A stretch of 64,000 nucleotides of DNA from an uncultured bacterium (lineage in GTDB: Bacteria; Patescibacteriota; JAHJAL01), in NCBI GenBank assembly GCA_938004065.1, contig CALKWM010000017.1, forward strand, positions 15,342 to 79,341, written 5' to 3'. Made by a program: the position numbers and the translations under genes. Within the stretch, counting starts at the first letter, position 1, and every line of letters begins with the position of its first letter. The notes under the pieces are model-generated. The model saw only the letters and a program-made list of their open reading frames with translations. It made no database searches and was not told the origin of the DNA. Of this stretch, positions 63,485-64,000 are shown piece by piece.

Positions 63485-63940
63485 TTTATCATTAGTTTCT
63501 ATTGTATATTCAATGTTAGTTCCACTAGTCATTGCCATTGACAGTGGATTTGTATCCATTAAAGAACTATAAGTCTGGTTATTCAAAGAAGTTTTGGAAA
63601 AATCACCTTTGCTAAACTTATATAGACGAAAATTATTCCAATGCCACTTCTCTACTTGATAAGACCAACCAACATATTTTGCCATTGAAATCACAAATTC
63701 TTCAATTCTAATCTTTTCTTTATTATGAATATCAACTGTAGAAATATTATTCACTAAATTTATTGGTATACCACTAGAATTACTTATTCTAAGTTTATCT
63801 CCCGTTCGCTTATTTCTACCACCTTCAATATACAATCCGCTACCATTGCAATATCCCGTTGCATTAAAATTGTCCCTCATCCTTAAAAAATCATTTAATC
63901 CTAACATTATTTCATAAAAACTATAATGGTTTGCACACAA
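63476..63940 (-). CDS. Hypothetical protein convergent with and overlapping the LexA-methyltransferase gene (candidate partner, e.g. a restriction endonuclease). Speculative.
   Basis: About 143-154 aa. A TTG start sits at about 63939 with an in-frame stop just upstream; the first ATG is 11 codons in. It overlaps the methyltransferase stop by 9 nt. No family recognised. Confidence 0.4.
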   Translation of the reverse strand: MCANHYSFYEIMLGLNDFLRMRDNFNATGYCNGSGLYIEGGRNKRTGDKLRISNSSGIPINLVNNISTVDIHNKEKIRIEEFVISMAKYVGWSYQVEKWHWNNFRLYKFSKGDFSKTSLNNQTYSSLMDTNPLSMAMTSGTNIEYTIETNDKLF

Positions 63941-64000
63941 TAATGAATTTAGAATTTGATTTTTATTATTAATGCTTAAATAATTTATCCACTCAATACA

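Overview
This is a gene-dense, low-GC stretch of bacterial chromosome, roughly 30-37% GC by eye. About 55 of 60 genes are on the minus strand, and standard stop codons are in use. The content looks like a small-genome Gram-positive-like or Patescibacteria/CPR-like organism.

Reading the minus strand from high to low coordinates, the gene order is:
- a LexA-methyltransferase island (the only plus-strand block of note)
- a UPF0104 membrane protein
- a CPA2 antiporter
- a cluster of surface-protein genes
- nrdR-nrdJ
- a lipoprotein
- a class I aldolase
- tRNA-Glu
- lgt
- a two-component system
- greA
- murT-gatD
- dnaX-dnaB
- yjbQ-lspA
- tRNA-Gln
- htpX-yrdC-glyA
- tRNA-Leu
- a sortase
- ligA-gatC-(NYN)-gatA-gatB
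- htrA
- ftsA-ftsZ-yggT-yggU-rodA-recO-ddl-like-glyQS
- a rearranged dcw cluster: mraZ-rsmH-ftsL-ftsI-murF-mraY-ftsW-murG-murC-murB-ftsQ

I found no CRISPR array, rRNA or clear transposase.

The most unusual locus is at the 3' end (61.75-64.0 kb). It is a more AT-rich island. It encodes a single 485-aa ORF that fuses a complete LexA-type repressor/autoprotease to a beta-class N4/N6 DNA methyltransferase, with a small ORF overlapping it convergently. I read this as a candidate SOS-cleavable, self-regulating modification or restriction-modification module.

Other points worth a second look:
- an NYN-domain gene inside gatCAB
- MraZ-operator-like repeats
- NrdR-box-like repeats
- a repeated GC-rich hairpin
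- an insertion-like inverted-repeat element between mraZ and rsmH
- motifs shared upstream of two hypothetical genes
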